Source: Camelus ferus
Lineage: Eukaryota
Reading direction: 5' to 3'
Assembly: GCF_009834535.1 (NCBI RefSeq)
Contig: NC_045720.1
Location: 1,426,001-1,490,000, forward strand
DNA length: 64,000 nucleotides
Shown: piece by piece, positions 1 through 11,172 of the stretch
Layout: every line of letters begins with the position of its first letter
Position numbering within the stretch: the stretch's first letter is position 1
Made by a program: the position numbers and the translations under genes
Notes under the pieces: model-generated
The model's database searches: none
Seen by the model: the letters and a program-made list of their open reading frames with translations, nothing else
Told to the model about the DNA's origin: nothing

Positions 1-414
1 GGGGCACTAGCTCCCCGCTTTGCTGCGGGGGGTGGGATCCAGGCCCGGGGTGCGGCACCAGTGCCGGGAACCGGGCGCAGGCACAGGCAGCGTGGCAGGG
101 TACAGGTGTGGGCAGTGTCTTGTTAGGTCTGTGTAAGTTCCTTCCAAGGTTGGCCACGCAGGGGCCCCGTGAAAAGGACGAGAGGGAAGCAGGCGGCTTG
201 CCCAAGGCCTCACTGCTGGGAGGCCGCAGCCGAGGTCAGAGCCCAGGCCCCTGTCCCTGAGCCCAAGGACTTCCCAGAAAGGTCTTTGCTCCCTGGGTCT
301 GTGGGAAGCGTCTTCAGAGGCTGTTCCCTGCACTTTTCTCACCCACGGGGCTCCCTTCCTGTGAAGCCATTGGCTGTTCCAACCCAAGCAAGGCCAGTGT
401 GGGCCAGGGCCAGG

Positions 415-482
415 GCCAGGCACAGTGCCCAGTGTGTAGGAGGTACATAAATATTTGTGCAGTGAGTAAATAAATGAATGAC
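415..482 (+). mobile_element. L2 LINE 3' end fragment
   Basis: cacagtgcccagtgtgtaggaggtacataaatatttgtgcagtgagtaaataaatgaatga resembles the L2 3' terminus. Confidence 0.65.
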
Positions 483-1162
483 TTCAGTGCATGGGGCCCT
501 CACTGTCTCCTGTTCAAGCAGCCCTCCCTTACCTGTCTCTTGTTTGCAGACTGAGCACATCTGCCAGGGTCCTGGTGGCAAAGGTGCCAAGGCCCAGCTG
601 GCCCACTGGCCAGGCCTCTGCAGCAGAATCAGCAAGGTGGTGCTGCCCTTGGGCAAGCCCAGCTGGCTTCTCCAGGCCTGGGGCACAGTCCTGCAGGAGC
701 CACCTGCCCCCCAGCGACACAGGCCCTCCAGGTGGCAGGCTCCAAGCTGGGCACTGCTGGCACAGGAGGCACAGGGGACCTGGTGGTGGTGTAAACAGGA
801 CAGCGTAGGGGGGAGGTGAGGTGGGGAGCTAGCCCCCTGAGGCCTGGACCTGGCAGAGAAGCACCGCCTCTGCAAGCAAGCATGGCCTTAGTGGTCCCCT
901 GCTTCCCTGTTCAGGTTGGGAGTGTGGCCCTGGAGCCACCCTGCTCCAGCCCCTACCGGTGGACCTCACTCTCTGGAGCCCTAGAAGGGTAACAAGAGGG
1001 AACAGGTGTGGCCAAACCTGTCCACGGTGCAGGCAGGCAGGTGAGAGGATGTGCTCAGTCAGGCCCATGCTGCCTGTAGAGGAGTCTTCCAGTGCTTGGC
1101 TGGAGCATCCCCAAGTTTGCAGGAGCCCCGAGGGGTGCATGGTCTTGGCCACAGGAGGGGGC

Positions 1163-1625
1163 TGCTAACCTGAAACAACAGAACAGCCAGTTAGTTTACC
1201 AGAAAAATGGGTTTATTCAGGAATAGCAAAGGATTGCAATTTGGGATACGCGGAGAATGCAACTATGGTAAATGACAAGCAAGTCTGGTAAAGCAAAGAA
1301 GAGGAAACCCTTTTGTAGAGGAGAAGGGGGAGTTGGGAGGGGCTGTTCTAAACGAACAGTCCATTGGAGGAAACTGGAGTTGGGAATCCCACGCATAGTG
1401 GCTTTTCACTGGCTGAGCTGTGACTGCCTCTCATTGGCTTGGCTGTTGCCGGGCTGGGGGAAAATCTTCCCTCCTACCCTGGTAGCAGTGTCAATTCCTG
1501 CCAGAGATGTAGAGAAGGTCTCTTCCTGCTGGGCTCCGTATTGACTGGAGGGGTATGTGCACGAGGGGTCCCCCTTCCGGCCTCCTGACTCCATCTTAGG
1601 AAGTCTCCCTTTAGTAACTTTCTCA
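1163..1625 (-). mobile_element. Solo LTR, probably ERV1 class
   Basis: TG...CA-bounded, lower-GC block; tttatt at 1212-1217 (AATAAA on -); ctcctgactccatcttag motif typical of reverse-oriented ERV1 LTRs; no clean TSD found. Confidence 0.65.
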
Positions 1626-2614
1626 GGGTGCTGGTGGTGCCGCTATGGGCGCAGGTCCACACCCACCCTCTGTGCCCGGCTTCTGGCGGCAGCTCTACCC
1701 CCACACACCCACCTTGCCAGCGGCGGGCGCTGGAGGGAGCTGGAGTCTGGAGGGCAGAGCCGTGTAGGCTCTGCATTAAACAGGATAACGGAGAGGGAAA
1801 TTCCACAGCCAGCTCTGCCCAGGGTGCACCGAAATTACCATGGCGTGTTGCTGGAACAGAACCCAAGGGCACCATCTCAGAGGGAGCCGCTCCCACACAG
1901 ACGTTCCCTGACATGCTGTCCCTGTTCACCTTGGCCCTTGCTCTGGCTGGTGAGCTCTTATTCACCCATCCTGGCCCACCTCCAGTGCCCCTCACTGGGG
2001 AGCTAGCAGTGCTTGCCACCCACTCCATGCCTCAGCCCCAACCTATGGAGGAGGGCAGGCCGGGCTGTCCCAGGTGTGCTCTGCAGGATGCTGGCAGCTG
2101 GAACACCCTTGTTTATCCGGTTCCTCGCCTTCTCTCTCCTGGATAACACCAGCTGCCCATGCTCAGGGGCACAGGCTTCCTGCATCCTGGCTCCTTGCTG
2201 CCCAAACCGGCCGGAACCGGAGTAGCCACCCCTCTCAGGGACCCAGGGTGAATTATCCCTAACCTCCATCTCCTCTTGGGGAACCCCAGCCTGAGACTTG
2301 GACCCTTCAACATGATGACAGAAAGCCGGTGTTCTCCCCGCTGCAGGGAAGTGGAAGGCTGTAGTGCTGAGGCAGGTGCCGGGCTCTGAGTGCGAAGGAA
2401 GGGAGGGAAGAGGTGAGACTGGCCAAGGGCAGCGGCCAGAGCAACTCGGGACACCAAGCTTTCTACTCGGGACACTGCAAGTCCCACCAGCCCCATCTCT
2501 CCAGCTGCCACTGAAGCCCTTTTGGAGGCTCTCTGCCCCCGAATGGGCCAGCCTTTCTTTGCTTCTCCAACACTAGCTGTGGGCCCAAAGACCAGAGCAG
2601 CTTCCGTTCTTTGT

Positions 2615-2704
2615 GGTCAGGACTAAAACTCAGCATGTGACCAAAGCCCGGACTCAGGGTGTGACCAGGGTCAGGGCTCAGCCTGTGACCAGGTCCGGAC
2701 ACAG
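2615..2704 (+). repeat. Degenerate 24-bp minisatellite (about 3.5 units), consensus GGTCAGGGCTCAGCCTGTGACCAG
   Basis: Units at 2615-2644, 2645-2668 and 2669-2692; the same unit occurs inverted at 41861-41980. Confidence 0.8.
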
Positions 2705-4181
2705 GAGTCCTCCTTGGTGTGACAGCCACAGGAACACCCCTTTCCCAGCCCCACCAGACAGTGAGGGGCCTGCGTTCAGTTCTGGGTCCTCACCACCCCT
2801 TCCCCAGCCCAGGGCTGGAGGAAGGGTAAGAAGCAGGGAGGGGAGGGAGGAAGGGGGAGGCGGGAGCAGGACTCAGCCTCCTGTTCAGGTGGAGGCCTTG
2901 AGGTTCATAGCTGTGGTCAAGGTCTTTTCCTGGAGGCTGGGATCAGGGTCCCCTAGGCTGGCAGGGTCCAGGTCAAGTATCCAGTCCAGGGCCTCACTGC
3001 TGCCTGGGTTTCCTCACTTGCCCTGCCCACCTGCGGACAGGGAGCTCCGTGTCTCCCTCTCAGCCATGCTGGCGAGTGGAGGCCAAAGCCAGGCAGAGGA
3101 GGCCATGCGTTAATTGTGGCCTTGGGTGGGAGTCCGGGCCTTAATTGGAGAACACCCAGCTTGTAAAAGAGTGAGTTTCAGGTGCCTGATTAGGTTAAGG
3201 AGGGCGGTGCCATCCTTGCGCCCCGCTCCTGGGCGGCTGGTGCCCCACAGGACTGCACAGTGCGTCACCACACTCAGTCCTTCCCGTATCACCCTGCTGG
3301 GGGAGGAAGTGCTCACAGATCCCCAAGAAGATAGACCTCAGCTGAGCAGTTGTGCCCACTGGGTGAAATCCACTTGTCTTTGCCTGTCAGAGTTCCGGGA
3401 ATTCACCCGCTTGCCTCTTGTTCTGCACTGGCTCCTCCTCTTCATTCAGGGCTCTCCCTCCTCATCCCTACTTCAAAACGCAGCCCACCTGGTGCCTTCT
3501 CCAGGCAGGGGCTGCTGGGGCTGGTAGATCAGTGCTGTGCACAGGGCCCCCAAGTGTGTCACCAGACTGACCTCTGTTAACGCAGGTCCCCTGTTCTCCT
3601 CAACCCCCAGTCTCTCGTCCCTGCACGCCTGGCACCCACTGCCCAAGCCTGGCACTGAGTGGAAATCAGCAACTCCTGAACAGACGACCATTGGTTGCCT
3701 GGGCCAGGGGGTACCCAGAGCCCCAGCCTCTCTCTCTCTCCCACAGCCTCTCTACTGCACCCACACAAGACCAAGGCCGGGTCTGGCCTCCCCCACTGGC
3801 CTCTGAGCTGGGCCTAGGGCCAGCCCACTGCCTGGAGCTCCACACACAGCACACGTCTCAGGGTCCCAGTATGGGCTCCATCTTGCCCTTCCCGCCACGT
3901 CCCCTCGAAGCGAGATCAAGGAGATTTCTCAGGTCTGGCTGAGGGCTGAGGTGGAGTTGGGAAAGGCACTCTGGCCTCAGAGTCCAGTTTCTATCTGAGG
4001 ACAGCTCCAGGCAAGGCTGGGCTTCATGCCAGGGAAGCTGGTGGCTGCTGGGCAAGGCCGAGTCACAGCCATGACCTGTGGCGGCAGGAGGTCGTCGAGC
4101 TGGGAGGGATGATGGAGTGGGAGGGGTAGAATGGAGTGAATAGTGTGGATGAAGCTGAAGGGTGTTGACTGAAGTAGAGTA

Positions 4182-4295
4182 GATGGAGTGGGTGGCATGG
4201 ATGGAGGAGAGCATATGGAGTGGGTGGGGTGGGTGGCGGGGATGGAGGAGAGCATATGGAGTGGGTGGGGTGGGTGGCGGGGATGGAGGAGAGCA
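4182..4295. repeat. 41-bp G-rich minisatellite (2 perfect units plus partials)
   Basis: gatggaggagagcatatggagtgggtggggtgggtggcggg at 4200-4240 and 4241-4281. Confidence 0.9.
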
Positions 4296-5515
4296 CAGTG
4301 CAGGGCACGGAGTGGACAGCAGGATTGTTCAGGCAGCATCCATCCCATCTCAGTTCACAGAGTCGCACCAATTTGAGAGGAAGTGATCAGAGCTCTGGTT
4401 TCTTCCCCACCCTTAGCTCTGAGGGGCTGGGGCAAATGGGAGCCCACATACCATATGGCCAAAAATACGAAAATTCTAAAAGAAGCTTTAAAAAAGTTAA
4501 AATAAAATATCATTGACAAATATACCATCTAAATAAACTGGACAGTCCGTTGTGACTTTAAGTCCCAGGCTCCTTGGCTGCACAGAGAGACCCTGGCCCC
4601 AGCCCAGGACCTGCCCCCCACCCGGCACGGCAAGGCCCCAGCGAGTGTGCAGGTGGCTCCCAGCCTGTGCACCAGCTCCACCTCCGCCCCTCCCAGCAAC
4701 CACCCAGAGCCACCTGCGCCCCCAGCGCCTGAGTCCATCCTTTGTGGGCGGATGCAGAGAGACCCCACAGGGGCCCTGGGAAAGAACCCAGCAGATACCT
4801 CTAGGGCACAGGCCAGGCCCGGACGGGGAGGGCCCGAGGCATGAGAGTCCGCCCTGGAGGCCGACGGGGAGGCCAGCTTACTCAGAGAGTGGGCGCGGTG
4901 GGACTCTCAGCAGACTGTGGCCCAGTCAGAGTTGCACCCAGAGGGTGGCTGTGGTCCTTGGGAAGGGGACTGTAGCCGCGAGGAGAGAGAGCCGCTGTGG
5001 CCCTGGGAGGGGATGAGTGGAGACACCAGGAGATAGGAGCACCCACCCCTCGGCCTCTGGAATCCCAGGCAGACCCCGATACACGAACTGGAAGCAGCCC
5101 ACTGAGCCGGCTGTTTCCTGCACCTGCCCCCACCCCCCAGGGCGCCCTTGTCACCCATGGTCCTCTAAGCCTGGCCTGAAGGCCTGATGGACAGCAATTC
5201 AGCTCCGACTGGGACGGTGGGGTGCGCCTCTGGCTCCGTCCGGCCCCGTCGGTTGGCCCCACAGCCCAGCAGAACCAGCACCCCAGGAGCTCACTCGGAA
5301 CGCGGAGTCTCAGGTCTCACCTGGGTCTCCAAGTCAGAAGCAGCATTCTACTGGAGCCCCAGGTGATGTATGTGCACACCACAGGTTGAGCCACGCTGGT
5401 CCAAAGCCAGTTTTCAGCCTGTGGTGCCTCAGTTTGGGGCCTCCCTGTCTGCCTGGCCCAAGGGAGAGGCACAGGGGAGGCGGCCGCTGAGAGCGCTCAG
5501 GAGGCCTGTGTCCCC

Positions 5516-5658
5516 CCAGACCCCAGGGCAGAGCCGTGACCCCCGGACCAGACCCCAGGGCAGAGCCGTGACCCCCGGACCAGACCCCAGGGCAGAGCCG
5601 TGACCCCCGGACCAGACCCCAGGGCAGAGCCGTGACCCCCGGACCAGACCCCAGGGCA
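5516..5658. repeat. 32-bp perfect minisatellite (4 full units plus partials)
   Basis: ccccagggcagagccgtgacccccggaccaga at 5521, 5553, 5585 and 5617; no spacers. Confidence 0.97.
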
Positions 5659-5725
5659 AGGCTGTGCCGCCTTCTGAGAGCCCCTGGGGCCTCTGGGGGT
5701 GGGACAAAGGGAAGCCCAGGCAGCA

Positions 5726-5807
5726 TGAGTCAGGCTGGCCGTGCTACCCAAGCTCACCCCCAGCTAAATGACCAGGTCTGCCCGCACCGGGGAGCTGGCA
5801 TATAAAG
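5726..5807 (+). promoter_or_regulatory. Promoter of the upstream Ly6 gene: AP-1 site and TATA box
   Basis: TGAGTCA at 5726-5732; TATAAAG at 5801-5807, 54 bp before the ATG. Confidence 0.7.
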
Positions 5808-5854
5808 GCACCTGGGACCGGCTGCCCCCAGCTCCAGCTGGCGGGTGCCCCACG

Positions 5855-8800
5855 ATGAGGCCACTCCTGGTGTTTCTGCTTCTGGCCGCTCTGTGCACTG
5901 TCCTGGGTAAGGGACGCTGACCTAGGTGGGAGGGACAAGGACAGACAGGTGCCAGGCAGGACTGGCTCCAGTCTCAGGGTCTGCGGCAGCAGTCTGGGTG
6001 GGGGCTGCAGGGTTAGGGTTAGGGAGCGAGGGGGACCCCTTGTGGCTGCTCCCTGACCAGCCAGACGCAGAGAGGTTTGGTGTCCCTTTGGGCATAGTTT
6101 CTGGCAGATCTACCTCTTACGGGTGAAAGGCCCCGGGGAGAGGTCCAAGGCTGCCACACTCAGGCCGGCAGCGGGACGCGGGTTCCCGCCAGGGTGGTCA
6201 GTTGTCCTGTTTCCTGGGACAAAGGGGATTTCTGGGAGGTGGGACTCTCGGTGCTAAACCAGAAAAAGGAAATGGTCACCCCCATCTCCAGCCCCAGCTC
6301 TGCCCCTACCTGATGACCTGGCTTTATGACCTTGAACAAGAGCACCTGCTGCTTTGGGGTCACCGGGGAGTGGGTGAGGCAACCTGTGATTATCAGCTGG
6401 ACGATCATCACGCAGGGATAATTAGCCCCATCCGCTCCCTCTGGGCGTGGGGTTGGCGTGGGGAAGGGTGGCGCCAACTCTCCGGGGAAGCCCTCGGGGT
6501 GCGAGGTGGAGGGGAAGGGGGCCTGCAGCTGGGAGGAGGCGCCTTGGGGATCAGTCTCAGACTGGGGAGGCTGGAAAGACAGATGGAGGGGACGCTCGGG
6601 CAAGGGTGCGAGGCCGGCCGCGTGGACTGGGCAGTTGGCAAATTCACTTCTCAAAAGAGAGCTGGGTGCAGAGGTGAGGCCTGGGACTCCTGCTGCAGAC
6701 TCCCTGTCCACCGGCCTGGGGTGGGGTGCACCAGCAGGCCCCAGGCATGGAGGGCCAGAGCCTTTCCCTCCTGGTAATAAACAGCCCTTAGCACCTACTG
6801 TGTGCAGAATCCTCAGAGCCTCAGTCCTCCAGCCCAGGCCACAGTCCTGGGCCTGGAGCCCCCGTGAAGGCAGGAGGGGCAGGAGCCCCATGCTTCGTGC
6901 GAGCGTGGGATCATCCACCCTCTTCCGGCAAGGCCGAGCAGTCCACTGCCATTAGCCTCATCTTGTAGGTGAGGACACCGTGGCCCAGAGAGGGACAGGG
7001 ACAGTGAAAAGTAGGACCCAGATCGCCTCTGAAGTCGACCCTCCTCTGTCCCCAGGGGGCCACCTCCAGACCCCCAGGCACCACCTACACCCTCTCTCCC
7101 GCTGCCAGACCAGCACCCACACACACAGGGCCCGCGGGGAGCGTCAGTCACAGCTGCCAATCCCGAGCCCCTCAGCCTGTCCCAGGGGACCAGGAGCACC
7201 TGTAGTGCGAGGGAGGGAGAGGAGGCGCTCAGCCTAGCCCCTCCCAGGCCCCCAGGCCCCCCAGCCTGATGGCTGCCCCAGCCCCAGCCCAAGCTGACTG
7301 CTGGCCCTGTGCCTCCTCTCCCCCAGTCCGGGCCCTGCGCGGCCACGTGTGCTGTGGCCAGTGCTCCCCGACCGACAGGTTCTGTGTGATCACGCGGGCC
7401 ACTGAGTACCTGCGCTGGCCCCGCCGCCGGCCCGGTCTGGCCAGCCAGCAGCCCCCTGCCCCACCCAGGTCCAGACCCTTAAGGACAGCACACCCTCCAG
7501 TAGGAACCCGGCAGTGGGGCCCAGCCTGGGCGGTGGGTGGCAGGGACTACCGTTCATCTTTTTCTGTGCTACTCATGTGTCCATTGTGAGGGTCAGTTAA
7601 GAGAAGCTCCTGCAGCCACCCAGCAAAGCTGTCACAGCGGGGCCGACGTGGGATTCCCAGTTCAAGTTTGAAGGGGTCCATGTGAAATATTTGGGAGGGA
7701 GGGAGCAGGTGGTACTCAGATTTGGACACAGGCAGAGGGATGCCTGAAGGCCTGGCCTGCGTCACAGCCCCGCAAGGCAGCAGGGCAGCCTAGCCGGCGG
7801 CGTGCCTCTCCGGGGCTCCAGCCTCACCTCCCGCTGTGCTGGACCTTTTGCCCACCTTTCCCCGCCACACCTGGAACTGCCGTCTCCAGGTTCCCCGGGC
7901 TGCCAGCCTCCACCACACCCCCAAAACAGGCCCAATCCTTCTTCCAACCTCCCAGGACCCCCTCTTCAGGCCTGAGCCGCTGCACTGGGGCCCCGGCTCT
8001 TGAGTGAGGGCTGATGGTGACAGTGACAGGCAGGGTCAGGGTGCGGGCGGGGCCCCAGGAGGGCAGGGTCAGGGGTGCAGGGGGTGGTCCTGGAGCAGCC
8101 AGTGCAGGGACAAGGGCCCTCTGGCAGGTTCGGGGCTGGGCGATGGCAGGTGCTCGTAGATGATCTTGGCACCACCCAAAGTGCCTCCCCGAGCTGTGGC
8201 TTTCTCATCTGGCTGTGGGGATGGTAGTGGGGGTGGTGAACGCTGGCTGGCTCCCTTGGGCAACACTGGGGAGACGGGGTGGTCTCTGGGCCTCGGCTTC
8301 TGTGGATCCGATGGTGAGGGGGAGTCTGAGACCACGGTCCCTTGGAGGTCCTCACAGCAAACAGCCAGGCCCTGCTGGACACTGTGCCCAGTGTATCAGT
8401 CCATCTTCTCATTCAGTCCTCCAACAGCCCCAGCCAAATATCCCAATTCTCATGCCAGGAAGCTGGAGCTTGGAGATCCCAGCAAGGATGTGGCCATGCT
8501 GGGCAGTGTCACCAGCACCTGCTACATCTCCTTAGCAGTAACTCAGAAATGGGTTAGATATGGTTCCCAAACCGAACTCATGTCCACTCACCTGCGTGCA
8601 GCAAAGCCAATCTACTGACACCGGCTTGTGGTGAAGGAACGTGCAGCATTTATTTACAGGGTGTCAAGCAGGGAGAATGGACAGCTCGTGCTCAAAAGCT
8701 CCGAACTCCCCAATGGCTTTCAGGGAGGATGAGGGCCTCAGGGTGGGTGATGAGCTCGTGGATGTTTCTGATTGGTTGGTGGTGAGGTAACAGGGGGATT

Positions 8801-10376
8801 TTCTAGAATTGTGACCTTCTGGTTCCAGCCAGTCTGGGGTCGAGTGCTTATGGTCGGCATATAGTCGTCACCCTTCACTGGGTGGGGTTCTTAGTTTCTG
8901 CAGAACAACTTGAAGGTATGTGTCAGACTGTTACCTGTGTCCCTTCAGGAGGAACCAGGAGCCATGTGACTCTTGTCCTAATTGTCCTGCTTGAGTCTGC
9001 CCTTTGGAACTCAGGGAAGCCAGCGAAGAAGCAGGGGCATGGAGAGGCTTGTGCCTGGCAGGGCCTGGCAGGGCCCCGCGGGGTCCTGCTGGTTCCACCA
9101 GAATCGCCCCTGTTACACTCTACCCACAGCAACACAACTCCTTATGTAGATTACTGAGCAGAGCAGCAACTAATGACCGTATCGCTGCCGGGTGAGAGGT
9201 AGAGACATGGCCCTGTCCGGTGTCCCGCCTGGCACTGCCCCAGGGGGTATGTCCCCAGAGGTGGCCTCCCAGGGGGAGACTGCTGCCCACCCTAGAGAGT
9301 TAGCCTTTGCTCGAGGCCCCGCAGTTGGTTGCAATGGCCTCTGGTCAAGGAACAGCCTTGATCCACTGGGAGCTGGTGGCTCTGTCTCTCTGCTTGGCCA
9401 AGGCCTCAGAGGGCCATGTCCTTCTTGGCCCTGGTGGCTCTGATGCCCCGCTCCCTAAACACTGCTCCTAACTATGCTGTCTAAAAGCGGACGTTTATGC
9501 AGCCCGCTCTCAGCGCTACTCATGACTGAACCCACTTAGCCCCCAAGCAATTGCAGAAGTTGGTTCTCTTTTTATCCACATTCTCCAGACGAGGAAGTTG
9601 AAGCACCTGAGGATGACCCTCCAGCCCTCTCTGACTTCTGGGCCAGCTGCAAATAGGAGTCCCTTTGTCAGGGTCACAGTTTCAAGCACGTTCTGAGTAG
9701 GAAGGGTGAAGGGGAGCAAGGCATGCTGAGCCAGCACTCCTGGGCTCTGAGCCGCCTGCACTGTTGTCTCAGGAGCCTGGCTCAGCCGCCCCAGTGTCCA
9801 CAGAGGAGGCCGTCCTGCCCAAGAGCCCTGCTCACCCTGAGGGGCTGCTGTCAGCCCCGCCTCCCTCTCCAGCCCCTTCCCTTCCCTTCCGGATGTGAAG
9901 CTCAAAAGGCAACTGAGGCCGCCCTGGGCCTTTTAATCCTCTAGCCACCACTTCCTCAGGCTTTTCAGTCCCAGAAAGGGACCGGGGCGAGCAGGGCCTG
10001 GCATTTCCTCTGGGCCCTGAAACCCAGAGCGGAGAAGAGCTCCCACACATCTGCCAGAGAGAAGGGGAAGAGGGGCTGGGCGTGGGGCCTCACCATCCCA
10101 AGGGCTGGCTGGCTGGGTGGCCACAGAGCACGCCGCCCATGGGCACTCGCCCCTCTCTCTACAGCCAATCCCGGCGGCATCCTGGTCATGAAGTCCTGTG
10201 CCCCGACGTGCCCCAACAGCACTGTGTCCTCCGATGGCCGGGCGCTGTCCGTCTACTGCTGTCAGGGCAGCCAGTGCAACCGTAGCGCGGCCATGGGCCT
10301 GACGGGCAGCCACGGGGCCCTGTGGATCAGCGCCTTGGCCAGCCTGTTGTGGGTGCTGCTCCAGGCTGCCTGGTGA
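5855..10376 (+). pseudogene. Ly6/uPAR family GPI-type gene with disabled exon 2 (Ly6g6g/D730001G18Rik-like by synteny)
   Basis: Exon1 5855-5906 MRPLLVFLLLAALCTVL+G|GTAAG. Exon2 7327-7401 (V)RALRGHVCCGQCSPTDRFCVITRA+A is followed by CTGAGT instead of GTGAGT; LRCHVC has become LRGHVC and the exon is only 75 nt. Exon3 10165-10376 (T)NPGGILVMKSCAPTCPNSTVSSDGRALSVYCCQGSQCNRSAAMGLTGSHGALWISALASLLWVLLQAAW* is intact. AATAAA at 11167. Confidence 0.8.
8561..9097 (-). mobile_element. Solo LTR (ERV1-like) in intron 2 of the upstream Ly6 gene
   Basis: Contains aagccaatctactgacaccggcttgtggtgaagg...catttattt...ctcaaaagctccgaactccccaatggctttcaggga and ends ggccccgcggggtcctgctggttcca, as in laurasiatherian ERV1 LTRs read in reverse. 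Confidence 0.75.
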
Positions 10377-11166
10377 GCCCACCTGCTACAGACCGGCCCT
10401 GGGTCTTGCCTGACCCCTCTCAACCTGGACGCAGCTGCCCAGGGTCCGTCTCCAGCCTGCGCTTCCCCCAGCCCCCGCACACCCCCACCTCCCTGCCATT
10501 CCTCCCCACCTCCCCCGGGCCGCACCAACCCCTCAGGAGGGAAGCTCTCCTCCTGCCTCGGGGAACCCACTGATGAGGGAAGAGCTGCAGCCCCTTCCGA
10601 GGGTGGGAAGTGCCTCAGTTCTCCCCAGCACCCTCCACCCTGCTCCAGGGCCTTGCTCTGGGGGTTCCTCTCCCTCAGACTCTGCCTCAGAGGACCCCCT
10701 GAGCTCCGTGGCCATAGGGCCCGTCCGCTGCCTTCTGTGGCCAGAGCTGCCTGAGCTGGGGCGGCAAGTCCGAGGGCCGGGCTTTCAAACCGCCCACCAG
10801 CTACTCCCGTGTTCACGCATATTCGTTCACCCTCCCTTGGCCCACCCACGCTTCCTGTCCGCGGGTCAGCTGGTGAGTTCATTCATCACAGACCTCCCCC
10901 CACAACCCCGAGGCTTCCCTGGAGCCGGGCACCCAGGGGAGAGCCAGCAGGACCCGCCTCCCAGGGCTCTCATTCTGGGGCTCCGTGTGCAGAAGTCCAG
11001 GGAGGGGATGGGGCTTCTGGAAGGCCACGGGCAGCCCTGCCAGCTCCGGCCAGGTGAAGACGGGCCTTTTCATTGTTCCCCCGGCCGCCCTACTGTGGGA
11101 TGGGCCACAGAAATGTGGGCGTCCTTCCCCCCAGGGGCAGCCCCCTCCAGGATGTGTAGAGAGGAC

Positions 11167-11172
11167 AATAAA
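11167..11172 (+). terminator. Poly(A) signal of the upstream Ly6 gene
   Basis: First AATAAA after the exon 3 stop. Confidence 0.6.

Noticed and set aside
2878-2960. Acceptor followed by GGLEVHSCGQG / VEALRF, resembling an LU exon 2 start
   Set aside because: First Cys absent, no further Cys pattern, early stop and no donor
5516-5658. 32-bp direct repeats resembling a CRISPR array
   Set aside because: No spacers, eukaryotic context, no cas genes; it is a minisatellite
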